Shown: piece after piece, positions 10,659-19,944 of the stretch
Layout: the number at the start of each line of letters is the position of its first letter
How positions within the stretch are numbered: the first letter of the stretch is position 1
From: Gammaproteobacteria bacterium
Lineage (GTDB): Bacteria; Pseudomonadota; Gammaproteobacteria; Methylococcales; Methylococcaceae
NCBI GenBank assembly: GCA_009922685.1
Contig: RFVA01000002.1
Span: forward strand, 18,215 to 82,214
Reading direction: 5' to 3'
Length of the DNA: 64,000 bases
The notes under the pieces: generated by a model
What the model saw: the letters and a program-made list of their open reading frames with translations, nothing else
Told to the model about the DNA's origin: nothing
Databases searched by the model: none
Translations under genes and position numbers: made by a program

Positions 10659-11549
10659 TCAGCGGATGGCAATGCCCCGCTCTTGCATCGCTTCAAGAAC
10701 TGCCCGGCCAATATGAGCGGGGTTTCTGGCCACGTAATGTCCCAACGCCTCCATGGCATCCATTTTGGCGCTGGCGGTATCGGCTTCACTCGAAATGATG
10801 GCCCCAGCATGTCCCATGCGGCGACCGGCGGGGGCCGCTATGCCCGCCACGAAGCCGATCAGGGGTTTCGTCATGTTGTCTTTAGCCCAGCGTGCGGCAG
10901 CGACTTCCTGTGGGCCACCAATTTCCCCGATCATCACAACGACTTCGGTGTCAGGATCTTCTTCGAAGGCTTGAAGCACCGTCACAAAGTCGGTGCCGTT
11001 CACTGGATCACCGCCGATGCCCACAGAGGTGGTAATTCCAAGACCTAATGCGGCCATTTGTTCGGTGGCTTCGTAATTGAGGGTGCCGGAACGCGAGACA
11101 ATGCCAATATTGCCTTTCCGGTAAATATGGGAGGGCATAATGCCAACCTTACACTCGCCGGGGGTGATGATACCGGGCGTATTCGGGCCAATAATGATGG
11201 CGTCCTTGCCGACTCGGTAGCGCTGTAGTTGCACCATGTCATGGATGGGAATTCCATCGGCGATGGTAATAGCGACCTTGATGCCCGCATCAATCGCCTC
11301 CATCAGGGCATCCGCATTGAACGGCGGTGGCACAAAGACCGCTGAGACATCCGCGCCGGTGGCGGCGACAGCTTCTGCGACCGTGTCGAAAACGGGAAGC
11401 CCAAGGTGCGTGGTGCCTCCCTTGCCGGGTGTAACGCCTCCAACCACTTGGGTCCCGATGCTCATCGCATCCTGGGCGTGAAAGGTCGCGTGCTCCCCAG
11501 TGAAACCTTGGAAAATGACTTTTGAATGCTTGTTAACGAAAACGCTCAT
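10659..11549 (-). CDS. Malate--CoA ligase / succinate--CoA ligase alpha subunit (MtkB/SucD family)
   Basis: MSVFVNKHSKVIFQGFTGEHATFHAQ...GVTPGKGG...SRSGTLNYE...MGHAGAI is the CoA-ligase alpha subunit with the catalytic His loop. ATG at 11549 lies 5 nt after the beta-subunit stop. Context with malyl-CoA lyase favours malate thiokinase. Confidence 0.9.
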   Translation of the reverse strand: MSVFVNKHSKVIFQGFTGEHATFHAQDAMSIGTQVVGGVTPGKGGTTHLGLPVFDTVAEAVAATGADVSAVFVPPPFNADALMEAIDAGIKVAITIADGIPIHDMVQLQRYRVGKDAIIIGPNTPGIITPGECKVGIMPSHIYRKGNIGIVSRSGTLNYEATEQMAALGLGITTSVGIGGDPVNGTDFVTVLQAFEEDPDTEVVVMIGEIGGPQEVAAARWAKDNMTKPLIGFVAGIAAPAGRRMGHAGAIISSEADTASAKMDAMEALGHYVARNPAHIGRAVLEAMQERGIAIR

Positions 11550-11553
11550 GGGT

Positions 11554-12726
11554 TTATCCCTTGACGATAGCAACAGCCTTTTCAGCTGCACTGTCGAGAT
11601 TTTCAGCGGTAATGAAGGTGAGACCTGACTCTTTGAGAATCTTGCGGCCTTCTTCGACGTTGGTTCCGGCGAGGCGGACGATTAAGGGGACCTTGATCTT
11701 GAGGCTCTCGCACGCTTGGATTAGGCCTTTCGCAATCCAGTCGCAACGATTGATGCCGGCAAAGATATTAACCAGGATGCACTTGACGTTCGGGTCTTCA
11801 AGGACAATACGGCAGGCATTGGTGACCTTTTCAGGGGATGCACCGCCACCTACATCCAAGAAGTTGGCAGGCTTTCCACCATGAAGGGTGATCGCATCGA
11901 GGGAGGCCATAGCAAGGCCAGCCCCATTGACGATACAGCCGATATTGCCATCGAGGGCAATATAGTTAAGGCCATGGCCTGATGCCTCAACTTCCTTCGG
12001 GTCTTCTTCTTGAAGGTCACGCATTTCGGTGATGGTCTTCTGCCGGTATAAGGCGTTGTCATCGAAGTTGAATTTGGCGTCAAGGACCATCAACCTTAGA
12101 TCATCATCGCCGCCGACAACCGCTAGGGGGTTAATCTCAGCCTGGAGGGCGTCATTATCCCGCATGCAACGGTAAATCGCTTTCATGACCCGAACGGCCT
12201 GTGGCATCAGTTTGCCCTTGAGGCCGATGGCCGTGGCCACCTTGCGGCACTGGAAATCTCGAAGCCCGATGGCTGGATCGACGATTTCCGTGATGATTTT
12301 TTCGGGGTGGGTCTTGGCGACATCCTCGATGTCCATGCCGCCTTCACTCGAAGCAATCAGCGTGATGCGCTGGCTTGCACGGTCGATGACGAAGCCTAAG
12401 TAGAGTTCCTTCTGGATGGCGCTGGCCTGCTCGATCCACACGCGCTGAACTAGAGACCCTTCAGGGCTGGTCTGGTGGGTGATGAGTCGGGAACCGAGCA
12501 TGGCGTCAGCCGCCCTTTTGACCTCATCCAAAGTGCCTACGACCTTGACGCCACCCGCCTTGCCGCGGCCACCGGCGTGAACCTGCGCCTTAACGACCCA
12601 GCGATTGCCGCCGAGTTCTTCGGCGACTTGGCTCGCTTGCGTTGAGTTGTAGGCAACGCTTCCTGAGGGGACGGGAACGCCGAAGGATTGCAATAGCTCC
12701 TTCGCCTGATATTCATGAATGTTCAC
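11554..12726 (-). CDS. Malate--CoA ligase / succinate--CoA ligase beta subunit (MtkA/SucC family)
   Basis: (V)NIHEYQAKELLQSFGVPVP...VKAQVHAGGRGKAGGVKVV...VNIFAGINRCDW...PLIVRLAGTNVEEG is an ATP-grasp beta subunit. GTG at 12726 is preceded by AAGAGG. The track ORF's 37-aa extension is non-homologous. Confidence 0.9.
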   Translation of the reverse strand: MNIHEYQAKELLQSFGVPVPSGSVAYNSTQASQVAEELGGNRWVVKAQVHAGGRGKAGGVKVVGTLDEVKRAADAMLGSRLITHQTSPEGSLVQRVWIEQASAIQKELYLGFVIDRASQRITLIASSEGGMDIEDVAKTHPEKIITEIVDPAIGLRDFQCRKVATAIGLKGKLMPQAVRVMKAIYRCMRDNDALQAEINPLAVVGGDDDLRLMVLDAKFNFDDNALYRQKTITEMRDLQEEDPKEVEASGHGLNYIALDGNIGCIVNGAGLAMASLDAITLHGGKPANFLDVGGGASPEKVTNACRIVLEDPNVKCILVNIFAGINRCDWIAKGLIQACESLKIKVPLIVRLAGTNVEEGRKILKESGLTFITAENLDSAAEKAVAIVKG

Positions 12727-12763
12727 GACAGAATGACCTCTTAAAGGGGGAATTCGCGGGGGT

Positions 12764-13729
12764 TTACCCCTTGAACGATTCGATTTGTTCGATTTGTTTA
12801 ACGACATTCTCCGCCATCCTGATGGACGCGGCATCAATCAGTCGACCATCGAGGGAGACAGCCCCTTTTCCTTCCTTGGCCGCCTTCTCCATTTCAATCA
12901 AGATGCGGCGGGCACGATCAACTTCCTTTTCGGTCGGGGTAAAGACCTCATTGGCGAGCGCGACTTGTGAAGGGTGAATCGCCCACTTTCCTTCACACCC
13001 AAGCGCCGCGGCGCGACGGGCGGCTACCTTGTAGCCCTCAGGGTCACTGAAGTCCCCGAAAGGTCCATCGATCGGTCGGAGGCCATAGGCCCTGCAGGCC
13101 GCAGCCATTCTCGAGATGGCGTAGTGCCACTGATCGCCCCAGTGATAAGCGCGTTCTCCGGCGGCATCGGGATCTGTCAGCATCCCGTAGTCCGGATTGG
13201 CTCCGCCAATCTGGGTGGTTCGTGCCCTGACGGAGGCGGCATAATCCGCCACCCCAAAGACCATCGCCTCCATCCGTTCCGGGCAGGCTCTTGCGATTTC
13301 CTCGACGTTGGCCATGCCCATGGCCGTCTCGATCAAAACATGAATATTGATGGGTTTAAAACCCTTATAGGCTTCGATCTGTGACAGCATGGTGGCCACA
13401 AAGTAGACGTCAGCGGCGCTTCCGACCTTGGGAATCAAGATGGTATCCAGTTGATCGCCGCAAGCCTCAACAATATCGACCAGATCGCGGTAGGCATAAT
13501 GCGTGTCAAGACCGTTCATCCGGATCGAGACGGCGCAGCGAGACCAGTCATAGGTCTTGAGGGCGTGAATGATGTTGGTTCGCGCCTGTTCCTTATCATC
13601 CGGCGCAACCGCATCCTCAAGGTCCAGAAAAACGATATCGGCGCCTGCCATGGGGGCTTTTTCCAGCATGCGAGGGTTGCTGCCGGGGACTGCGAGTTCG
13701 CTGCGGTGCAAGCGATTCTTTATCGCCAT
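12764..13729 (-). CDS. mcl: L-malyl-CoA/beta-methylmalyl-CoA lyase (HpcH/HpaI / CitE-like family)
   Basis: 321 aa. MAIKNRLHRSELAVPGSNPRMLEKAPMAGADIVFLDLEDAVAPDDKEQAR... is the malyl-CoA lyase-type N-terminus of the CitE/HpcH fold. It lies directly upstream of the thiokinase subunits. Confidence 0.85.
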   Translation of the reverse strand: MAIKNRLHRSELAVPGSNPRMLEKAPMAGADIVFLDLEDAVAPDDKEQARTNIIHALKTYDWSRCAVSIRMNGLDTHYAYRDLVDIVEACGDQLDTILIPKVGSAADVYFVATMLSQIEAYKGFKPINIHVLIETAMGMANVEEIARACPERMEAMVFGVADYAASVRARTTQIGGANPDYGMLTDPDAAGERAYHWGDQWHYAISRMAAACRAYGLRPIDGPFGDFSDPEGYKVAARRAAALGCEGKWAIHPSQVALANEVFTPTEKEVDRARRILIEMEKAAKEGKGAVSLDGRLIDAASIRMAENVVKQIEQIESFKG

Positions 13730-14146
13730 GGTTATGAAACTCCAGGGTTGTCACAGGGTGGATGATGGCGTCACGCCATTCCGGAGGGTTCCGGCAGTCG
13801 GTGAGCGGCCTACCATAGAGGCGCGCACCTCAGTGGGTTCACTCAATCGACGGTCAAACTGACATTATACGGTCACATGGGGACTGGACGCCAGTTTGTG
13901 TCTTATTTGCAACATATGGGTTCATGGATAGCCCCTTATGGGCGGTCTCTCTGGTCTCAAGGATAGACCATGAGGCGGGCTCTTGTTGGGAGTAAATGGA
14001 AAATAAACCAGCAAAAACATAAAGATAGAGGACAATAAAAATTATGTTGCAATCGTAATATTTCTTGCTATGCTAAGTGCGCCTCAACAACAGTTGTTGC
14101 TATATTACAACGTATAACGTTCCTGACTATTCTAGGGAGACCCCAT

Positions 14147-15088
14147 ATGAACAACCAACGCAAGCTGCTGAGCCTTGCCGCTATCGTGAGCGCTGCTGTC
14201 GCCATGAGCGCGGTTGCTCCTCAAGCGATGGCTCACGCCAAGCATAAGCACACCAAGAAGGCGACTCATACCACCAGCACCCGCAGCCTGGTCCGCGCTG
14301 ATGAGCGTCATCTCCGCGCTGACGATGCTCGCATCGCCAACCTTGAATCTGAAGTCGGCGACCTCCGTGCGCAGCTGACCACCCAAAAGCAGGCGGCTGA
14401 TGCGGTTGAAGCGAAGCAGACCCAGCTCGAAACTCAGATTGCTGAAACCGCTGCTAAGGAAGAGCAGGGCCAGGACCTGTTGTTCTTCCGTGGTGGTTAT
14501 GCCGCACTCACCACAAACCGTCATAACGAACTGCTGACCTCGAGTTCAGCGTTCGACCCAGCGGGTTACGGCGACCGTGCAGGGAATGGTGATGGCTGGT
14601 ACGTCGGTGCTGGCTTTGATCATCGCCTGTCCAGTGACTTCTTTGGTCTGAGCGATATGGTTGCTCTTGATGGCGAAGTCATGTTCGAGTACCAGAACTA
14701 TGGCCAGGCCTATAACGCTTTCGTCAGCAGCATCGTAGGTGCAAAGGCGACCAATCAGGTCACCCAGCTGACCATCGCCGCATCACCAAAGGTTAAGTTC
14801 AACCTGATGGAAGGCAGCCTCCGTCCCTGGATCATCCCGTTTGGTCTTGCGATCAACGTTGTGAGCCCACCTTCAAGTGGCGTAACCTATTTGAACCCAG
14901 GTCTGATGCTGGGTACCGGTATCGAGTACAACCTCTGGAAGAATCTCTGGGTCGGTACCGATTTCCGTTACCAGTTCACCGGTGGCGATCTTAACTACCG
15001 CTACCAGGCGGCTAATAATGGCACCATCTTTAATCAGACCCCCACCCAGGGCCTGACGGCGGGTGGTTACATCGGTGTTGGCTTCTAA
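14147..15088 (+). CDS. Outer-membrane beta-barrel protein with an N-terminal His/Lys-rich tract and coiled coil
   Basis: Signal peptide ending AMA|HAKHKHTKK. About 70 aa of heptad-like sequence follows (ANLESEVGDLRAQLTTQKQAADAVEAKQTQLETQIAE). The last ~190 aa have alternating beta-strand patterns and end in the OMP C-terminal signature ...GYIGVGF. SD GGGAGA lies upstream and a strong terminator lies downstream. Confidence 0.6.
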   Translation: MNNQRKLLSLAAIVSAAVAMSAVAPQAMAHAKHKHTKKATHTTSTRSLVRADERHLRADDARIANLESEVGDLRAQLTTQKQAADAVEAKQTQLETQIAETAAKEEQGQDLLFFRGGYAALTTNRHNELLTSSSAFDPAGYGDRAGNGDGWYVGAGFDHRLSSDFFGLSDMVALDGEVMFEYQNYGQAYNAFVSSIVGAKATNQVTQLTIAASPKVKFNLMEGSLRPWIIPFGLAINVVSPPSSGVTYLNPGLMLGTGIEYNLWKNLWVGTDFRYQFTGGDLNYRYQAANNGTIFNQTPTQGLTAGGYIGVGF

Positions 15089-15093
15089 GCCAA

Positions 15094-15122
15094 ACCCATG
15101 AAGAAAAAAGGGGCCTTCGGGC
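15094..15122 (+). terminator. Rho-independent terminator after the OMP gene
   Basis: aaaaaaGGGGCCttcgGGCCCCttttttt: a 6-bp GC stem, a tetraloop and a U-tract. The A-tract on the other side also makes it symmetric. Confidence 0.8.
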
Positions 15123-15202
15123 CCCTTTTTTTGTTGGAGCCTTTAAGCTGATCGCGGTAGAGTGGTTCTTAAAATCCTCTGCTTCATCGAATCATTATCT
15201 TG

Positions 15203-16168
15203 ATGACACCTCCCTTTTCACCCATTGAGCCTCACGCCACTTACCGGATCCCAAGAGGCCCGCATGTGATCGCCGTGGAAGAGTCCGGTAACCCCGAGGG
15301 CATTCCGGTGATTTTTCTGCATGGCGGCCCAGGTTCAGGCTGTAAGCCTCATCACCGAACCTTCTTTGATCCAGCGACTTACCGCATTATCCTGATGGAC
15401 CAGCGGGGCGCAGGCTTATCCACCCCCCATGGCTGTCTCGAAGCCAATACGACCCCTGATTTGATCGAAGACCTAGAAGTGATTCGATCCCAGCTGGGTA
15501 TCGAGCGATGGGTTCTTTTCGGGGGGTCCTGGGGGGTGACCTTGGCGCTGCTTTACGCAGAGACTTACCCTATGGCTGTGGCGGGGCTGATTCTTCGAGG
15601 CTCTTTTCTGGGGCGCCAACGGGATATGGACTGGTTTTTAGGTGCCGATGGCGTCCGCCGTCTCCTCGGTGATGTGTGGTTTGAGACCTTGAGCGACTAT
15701 GATCGAGGGGATCCCTCTAAAACGCTCAAGACACTCCATCAGGCAATGACCGGTAAGGATGAATTGGAGCGGCGTCGGGTGGCGCGGGCCTGGGATCATT
15801 GGGGGGCCGCGGTCACCCTTGGGGCGACTTTAAGGCCTCCGGCGGCTGACCATTCGGTCTCAGCCAAGGTGATCCAGCAGGCGGCCTTGGAGCTCCATTA
15901 TGCTGTCCATCACTACTATATGGTTGAAAATGAGATTCTTAAAAATATCGGTCAGCTGGTCGGTATCCCATCGATGATCGTTCACGGCCGTCAGGATCTT
16001 GTTTGTCCCCTTGAATCAAGTCTAACACTCCATGGCGCCCTCCCAGGCTCTACCTTGAGGATTGTCGAAGAGGGAGGACATATCGCCGCTGGGGATCAGA
16101 TGGTGAGCGCGCTGGTGGAAGCGACCCTGACCATGGCCCATCAATTGGAAAAGGAGTTCACGCGGTGA
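15203..16168 (+). CDS. pip: Prolyl aminopeptidase (proline iminopeptidase), alpha/beta hydrolase
   Basis: IPVIFLHGGPGSG...DQRGAGLSTPH...FGGSWGVTLALLYAETYP is the Pip signature. The track start at 15200 is a TTG immediately before ATG 15203. Confidence 0.9.
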   Translation: MTPPFSPIEPHATYRIPRGPHVIAVEESGNPEGIPVIFLHGGPGSGCKPHHRTFFDPATYRIILMDQRGAGLSTPHGCLEANTTPDLIEDLEVIRSQLGIERWVLFGGSWGVTLALLYAETYPMAVAGLILRGSFLGRQRDMDWFLGADGVRRLLGDVWFETLSDYDRGDPSKTLKTLHQAMTGKDELERRRVARAWDHWGAAVTLGATLRPPAADHSVSAKVIQQAALELHYAVHHYYMVENEILKNIGQLVGIPSMIVHGRQDLVCPLESSLTLHGALPGSTLRIVEEGGHIAAGDQMVSALVEATLTMAHQLEKEFTR

Positions 16169-16740
16169 AACGACTCATTATCGGCATGACCGGTGCCACG
16201 GGCGCCATTTATGGCAAGCGCATCCTTGAAGTCTTGAGGGAGGCCGGGGGCTTTGAAACGCATTTGGTGGTTTCAGCAGCGGGCGCCCTTAATATCCACC
16301 ATGAGCTGGGCCTTAAAAAGGCCGAATTCAGTAAGCTCGCAGATAAGGTTCATCGTATTGACGATATTGCGGCAACGATTGCGAGCGGTGGGTTTCGAAC
16401 CGAGGGAATGATCATTGTTCCTTGCTCGATGAAGACCTTGGCCGCCATTGCCCATGGCTTTGGGGACAATCTCATCTCTCGGGCGGCCGATGTGGTTCTC
16501 AAAGAGCGAAGGCGTTTGGTGATTGTGCCGAGGGAGGCCCCCCTTCACCTGGTGCATATCCGCAACATGGGCATTGTGACCGAAATGGGAGGCATCATTT
16601 ATCCCCCCTTGCCGGCGTTCTATGGGGGGCCAAAGACTCTTGAGGCGATCATTGATGAGACCGTCGGGCGGGTGTTGTCGGTGGCGGGAATCGAAGTGTC
16701 GGGGCTTTATACGCCTTGGAACGGTATTTCCGACTCTTAG
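16165..16740 (+). CDS. ubiX: Flavin prenyltransferase UbiX
   Basis: MKRLIIGMTGATGAIYGKRILEVL...IVPCSMKTLAAIAHGFGDNLISRAADVVLKERRRLV is the UbiX/Pad1 family. Its GTG start overlaps the pip stop (GTGA). Confidence 0.93.
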   Translation: MKRLIIGMTGATGAIYGKRILEVLREAGGFETHLVVSAAGALNIHHELGLKKAEFSKLADKVHRIDDIAATIASGGFRTEGMIIVPCSMKTLAAIAHGFGDNLISRAADVVLKERRRLVIVPREAPLHLVHIRNMGIVTEMGGIIYPPLPAFYGGPKTLEAIIDETVGRVLSVAGIEVSGLYTPWNGISDS

Positions 16741-16744
16741 GCCT

Positions 16745-17872
16745 TTAGCCTAAGGTTTTTGAATTCCCACTGTTTCTGAAGATAAGCGGTTTTGGCGCGC
16801 TGGAGACGCGGTCTTGTTCAGCCAGGTGGATGGCTTCCTCGACCGTATGATGGAGGGGCGATTTACTGCAGACAGGATCCGTGGCCTTCATGTTGCCTGT
16901 CAAAAGATAGGCCTGACAGCGGCAGCCCCCGAAATCCTTGATCTTCTCAGGGCAGCTTTTGCACGGTTCCTCCATCCAGTCAAAATGGCGAAAATGCTTG
17001 AAGGCGGGCGACTCTTCCCAGATCTCTTTGATTGAAAAATCGCGAACGTTTGGGCAGTCAAGACCCGGCAATATCCGTGCTTCGTGGCAGGGCAGCGCGA
17101 GGCCATCTGGAGCAACCGTCAGAAAGGTCGTTCCCCAGCCGTTCATACAGGGCTTAGGCCGATCCTCGTAGTAGTCGGGAACGACATAGTAAATTTTCAT
17201 TTGGCCCTTGACCTTTTCCTTATAAGCCTGGGCGATGGCCTCTGCCGTTTCGAATTGCGCGCGAGTGGGCATGAGTTGGTCACGATTGAGATGAGCCCAA
17301 CCATAATACTGGGTGTTGGCGAGTTCTAGATAGTCCGCGCCAAGGGCTGTCGCCATCTCGAGAATCTCATTCATCAGATGGATATTCTCGCGGTGAATCA
17401 CCACACAGAGCACCATGGGGTAGCCTTGCGTCTTGATGAGCCGGGCGACGGCTTTTTTCTCCTCGAAGGACTCGGTGCCTGCTAGTTTGTCATTCAGGGT
17501 CTTTTCAGGGGCTTGAATACTGATCTGAATGTGATCAAGCCCCGAGGACTTGAGCTCTGCTATCCGTTCCTCGGTGAGGCCATACCCTGAGGTGATCAGG
17601 TTGGTGTAATAGCCGAGCTCCCGAGCATGCGCGATCAAGGTCGAAAGGTCCTTACGGACGAGGGGTTCCCCCCCTGAAAGGCCCAGCTGAACCGCACCTA
17701 AGGCGCGGGCTTCTGAAAACACCCGACACCATGCCTCGGTGCTCAGTTCGTCCTGATGCTGCGCATAGTCCACCGGGTTCGAGCAGTAGGGGCACTGCAA
17801 GGGGCAGCGGTAGGTCAGTTCCGCCAGCAGCCAGCGAGGGCTGCCGCTAGGATAGGATGGTAATCCAGCCAT
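16745..17872 (-). CDS. pqqE: PqqA peptide cyclase (radical SAM/SPASM) PqqE
   Basis: [19 protein letters not shown] is the CxxxCxxC radical-SAM motif. C-terminal SPASM cysteines are present. It is the last gene of the pqq operon. Confidence 0.95.
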   Translation of the reverse strand: MAGLPSYPSGSPRWLLAELTYRCPLQCPYCSNPVDYAQHQDELSTEAWCRVFSEARALGAVQLGLSGGEPLVRKDLSTLIAHARELGYYTNLITSGYGLTEERIAELKSSGLDHIQISIQAPEKTLNDKLAGTESFEEKKAVARLIKTQGYPMVLCVVIHRENIHLMNEILEMATALGADYLELANTQYYGWAHLNRDQLMPTRAQFETAEAIAQAYKEKVKGQMKIYYVVPDYYEDRPKPCMNGWGTTFLTVAPDGLALPCHEARILPGLDCPNVRDFSIKEIWEESPAFKHFRHFDWMEEPCKSCPEKIKDFGGCRCQAYLLTGNMKATDPVCSKSPLHHTVEEAIHLAEQDRVSSAPKPLIFRNSGNSKTLG

Positions 17873-18128
17873 GGCCGAGTGCTGCTTGAACTAGTTCTTC
17901 GATATCGCTGCGGAGTCCTTTGGTGTCAAACGCGGTCTCAAGGGTATCGACCATGTCGATGAATCTGCGTGTTCCATCGCACAGCTTCAGGATTTCAGCC
18001 GCAGGGCCATTGAGTTCTACCATCCCTTCGGGATAGAGCATCACAAAGCGTTGCTGTGATTCTTCCCACTGCAATCGGTAGTGGGGGGAAAGGCCAAACC
18101 GGGTGGTATCTTGTATCATCGATGACAT
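17847..18128 (-). CDS. pqqD: PQQ biosynthesis peptide chaperone PqqD
   Basis: 93 aa. [38 protein letters not shown] is a typical PqqD. It overlaps the pqqE start by 26 nt and the pqqC stop by 1 nt. Confidence 0.9.
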   Translation of the reverse strand: MSSMIQDTTRFGLSPHYRLQWEESQQRFVMLYPEGMVELNGPAAEILKLCDGTRRFIDMVDTLETAFDTKGLRSDIEELVQAALGHGWITILS

Positions 18129-18856
18129 CAGCGATGGATATTGAAGTAAGGGGGTTTATGGTCAATGTAGGCGAGCCACATGGCGTCAAGCATTGTCCAT
18201 AGGATGTCTAATTTGAACTGGAGAATTTCAAGCGCCTTGTCCTGCTGTTCTCGAGTTCTGAAGTGAGATAGCGTGATGGCGAGGCCATGCTCAACGTCAC
18301 GATTGGCCTGGCCGACCCGTTTCCTGAAATAAGCGAGGCCTTCTTGGTCGATCCAGGGGTAAAGGTCCGGCCAGCCTGAGAGTCGCTGCTTGTGAATGGT
18401 TGGCGCGAACATTTCAGTCAGGGACGAGCAGGCCGCTTCTTGCCAGGACGCATCACGCGCAAAATGAACGTAAGCATCGACGGCAAAGCGGACGCCGGGC
18501 AAGACGTGTTTGAGGGACCATAGTTCGTCCCTTGAAATGCCGACGGCTTCTCCAAGGCGGGTCCAGGCTTCAATGCCGCCTTTATCGTCCTGATCGCCAT
18601 CGTGGTCAATCATCCGCTGGATCCAAAGCCTGCGAGTATCACGATCAGGGCAATTAGCTAAGATATTGGCGTCCTTGACCGGAATGTTGACCTGATAATA
18701 AAACCGGTTTGCGACCCAGCCCTTGATCTGTTCGCGTGTGAGATGCCCTGAAGCCATCTCCACTTGATAGGGGTGATGGATATGGTAGTAGGCTTCCTTT
18801 TCACGAAGTTTCGCTTCGAAAACCTCGGGAGTAAAGGGCGCTTGGGTTTCACTCAT
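18128..18856 (-). CDS. pqqC: Pyrroloquinoline-quinone synthase PqqC
   Basis: 242 aa. [33 protein letters not shown] matches the PqqC/TENA-like family. Confidence 0.95.
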   Translation of the reverse strand: MSETQAPFTPEVFEAKLREKEAYYHIHHPYQVEMASGHLTREQIKGWVANRFYYQVNIPVKDANILANCPDRDTRRLWIQRMIDHDGDQDDKGGIEAWTRLGEAVGISRDELWSLKHVLPGVRFAVDAYVHFARDASWQEAACSSLTEMFAPTIHKQRLSGWPDLYPWIDQEGLAYFRKRVGQANRDVEHGLAITLSHFRTREQQDKALEILQFKLDILWTMLDAMWLAYIDHKPPYFNIHR

Positions 18857-18871
18857 GGGGTCGTTCCTTCA

Positions 18872-19783
18872 CTAGAGGCAAATCTCCAGTCCATCATAGG
18901 CGACTTCGATGCCGTGAGCGTTGAGTTCATGACGCTCTGGCGAGCCTTCGTCCAGAATCGGATTGGTGTTGTTGATGTGAATCAGGATCTTCCGAGCCGG
19001 GAGTTCAACAAGGGTTGAGATCATCCCGCCAGCGCCTGATTGGGGGAGGTGCCCCATGTCCAGTGCGCGCTTGGTGCTGATGCCTCGTCGCTCCATTTCG
19101 TCATGCTGCCAGAAGGTCCCATCGACCAAAATGCAGTCTACGTTTGCAAGGGCCATCTTCACGTGGGGTTCGATCTCGCCAAGCCCAGGCGCGTAGTAAA
19201 GCTTCTTGCCGGTAGACACTTGTTCAATGATGACACCGATATTGTCGCCATCGTGGGGGTCATGCCGATGAGGGGAATAGGGCGGCGCTTTGCTTTTTAG
19301 GGAGTGACTGTAAAAGCGAAGATCGTCGAAGCCATCAATGCTGAAAGGACTCCCATCAAGCGGGATCGGATGATGTTGAACACCACAGTAATGGCCGAGG
19401 ATCGTGAAGATGGGAAAGCCTGAAGTCAGATCCTGACGCACCATCTCGCTACAGAAAATAGGGAGCGGGGAGGAGGATTCCCTGAGCATCAAAAGACCCG
19501 TGGTGTGATCGATCTGGCTGTCGATCAGGACAATGGCCTTAATGCCGGAATCTCTAATACCCCTTCTAGGGTGTGCGCCAGGGAAGGCCTCCAGCTGGGT
19601 CCTAATGTCTGGAGAGGCATTAAAGAGAACCCAGTGCTCATCATCAACGCTGACCGCAATCGAGGATTGCGTTCGGGGGCTGGCCTTAATCGTCTGACCT
19701 CTGACGCCGGCACACTGGACACAATTACAGTTCCATTGCGGGAAACCGCCACCTGCTCCAGCGCCAAGCACTCTGATCTTCAT
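18872..19783 (-). CDS. pqqB: PQQ biosynthesis protein PqqB (metallo-beta-lactamase fold)
   Basis: MKIRVLGAGAGGGFPQWNCNCVQCAGVRG... is the canonical PqqB N-terminus. 303 aa. Confidence 0.95.
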   Translation of the reverse strand: MKIRVLGAGAGGGFPQWNCNCVQCAGVRGQTIKASPRTQSSIAVSVDDEHWVLFNASPDIRTQLEAFPGAHPRRGIRDSGIKAIVLIDSQIDHTTGLLMLRESSSPLPIFCSEMVRQDLTSGFPIFTILGHYCGVQHHPIPLDGSPFSIDGFDDLRFYSHSLKSKAPPYSPHRHDPHDGDNIGVIIEQVSTGKKLYYAPGLGEIEPHVKMALANVDCILVDGTFWQHDEMERRGISTKRALDMGHLPQSGAGGMISTLVELPARKILIHINNTNPILDEGSPERHELNAHGIEVAYDGLEICL

Positions 19784-19811
19784 GGTTGTGATCCGCTTTC
19801 GGGGAACGTCA

Positions 19812-19853
19812 GGAATAAAAAACGGGGCTCGACATTGCTGCAGAGCCCCGTTT
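19812..19853 (-). terminator. Intrinsic terminator / attenuator hairpin between pqqA and pqqB
   Basis: The minus strand reads AAACGGGGCTCtgcagcaatgtcGAGCCCCGTTTtttatt. An 11-bp stem with a U-tract begins 17 nt after the pqqA stop. Confidence 0.7.
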
Positions 19854-19869
19854 GGTTACAAGCCGTTGA

Positions 19870-19944
19870 TTAACGGTTGTAGATGTACATGGTGACTTCA
19901 AAGCCGAAACGCATGTCGTTGTAGCTTGGTTTTTCCCATCTCAT
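19870..19944 (-). CDS. pqqA: PQQ precursor peptide PqqA (24 aa)
   Basis: Hand translation of the minus strand gives ATG AGA TGG GAA AAA CCA AGC TAC AAC GAC ATG CGT TTC GGC TTT GAA GTC ACC ATG TAC ATC TAC AAC CGT TAA. This is MRWEKPSYNDMRFGFEVTMYIYNR, with the conserved E-x3-Y (EVTMY) cross-link pair. GGAGGATGA lies 6 nt upstream of the ATG. It is too short for the ORF track. Confidence 0.9.
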   Translation of the reverse strand: MRWEKPSYNDMRFGFEVTMYIYNR

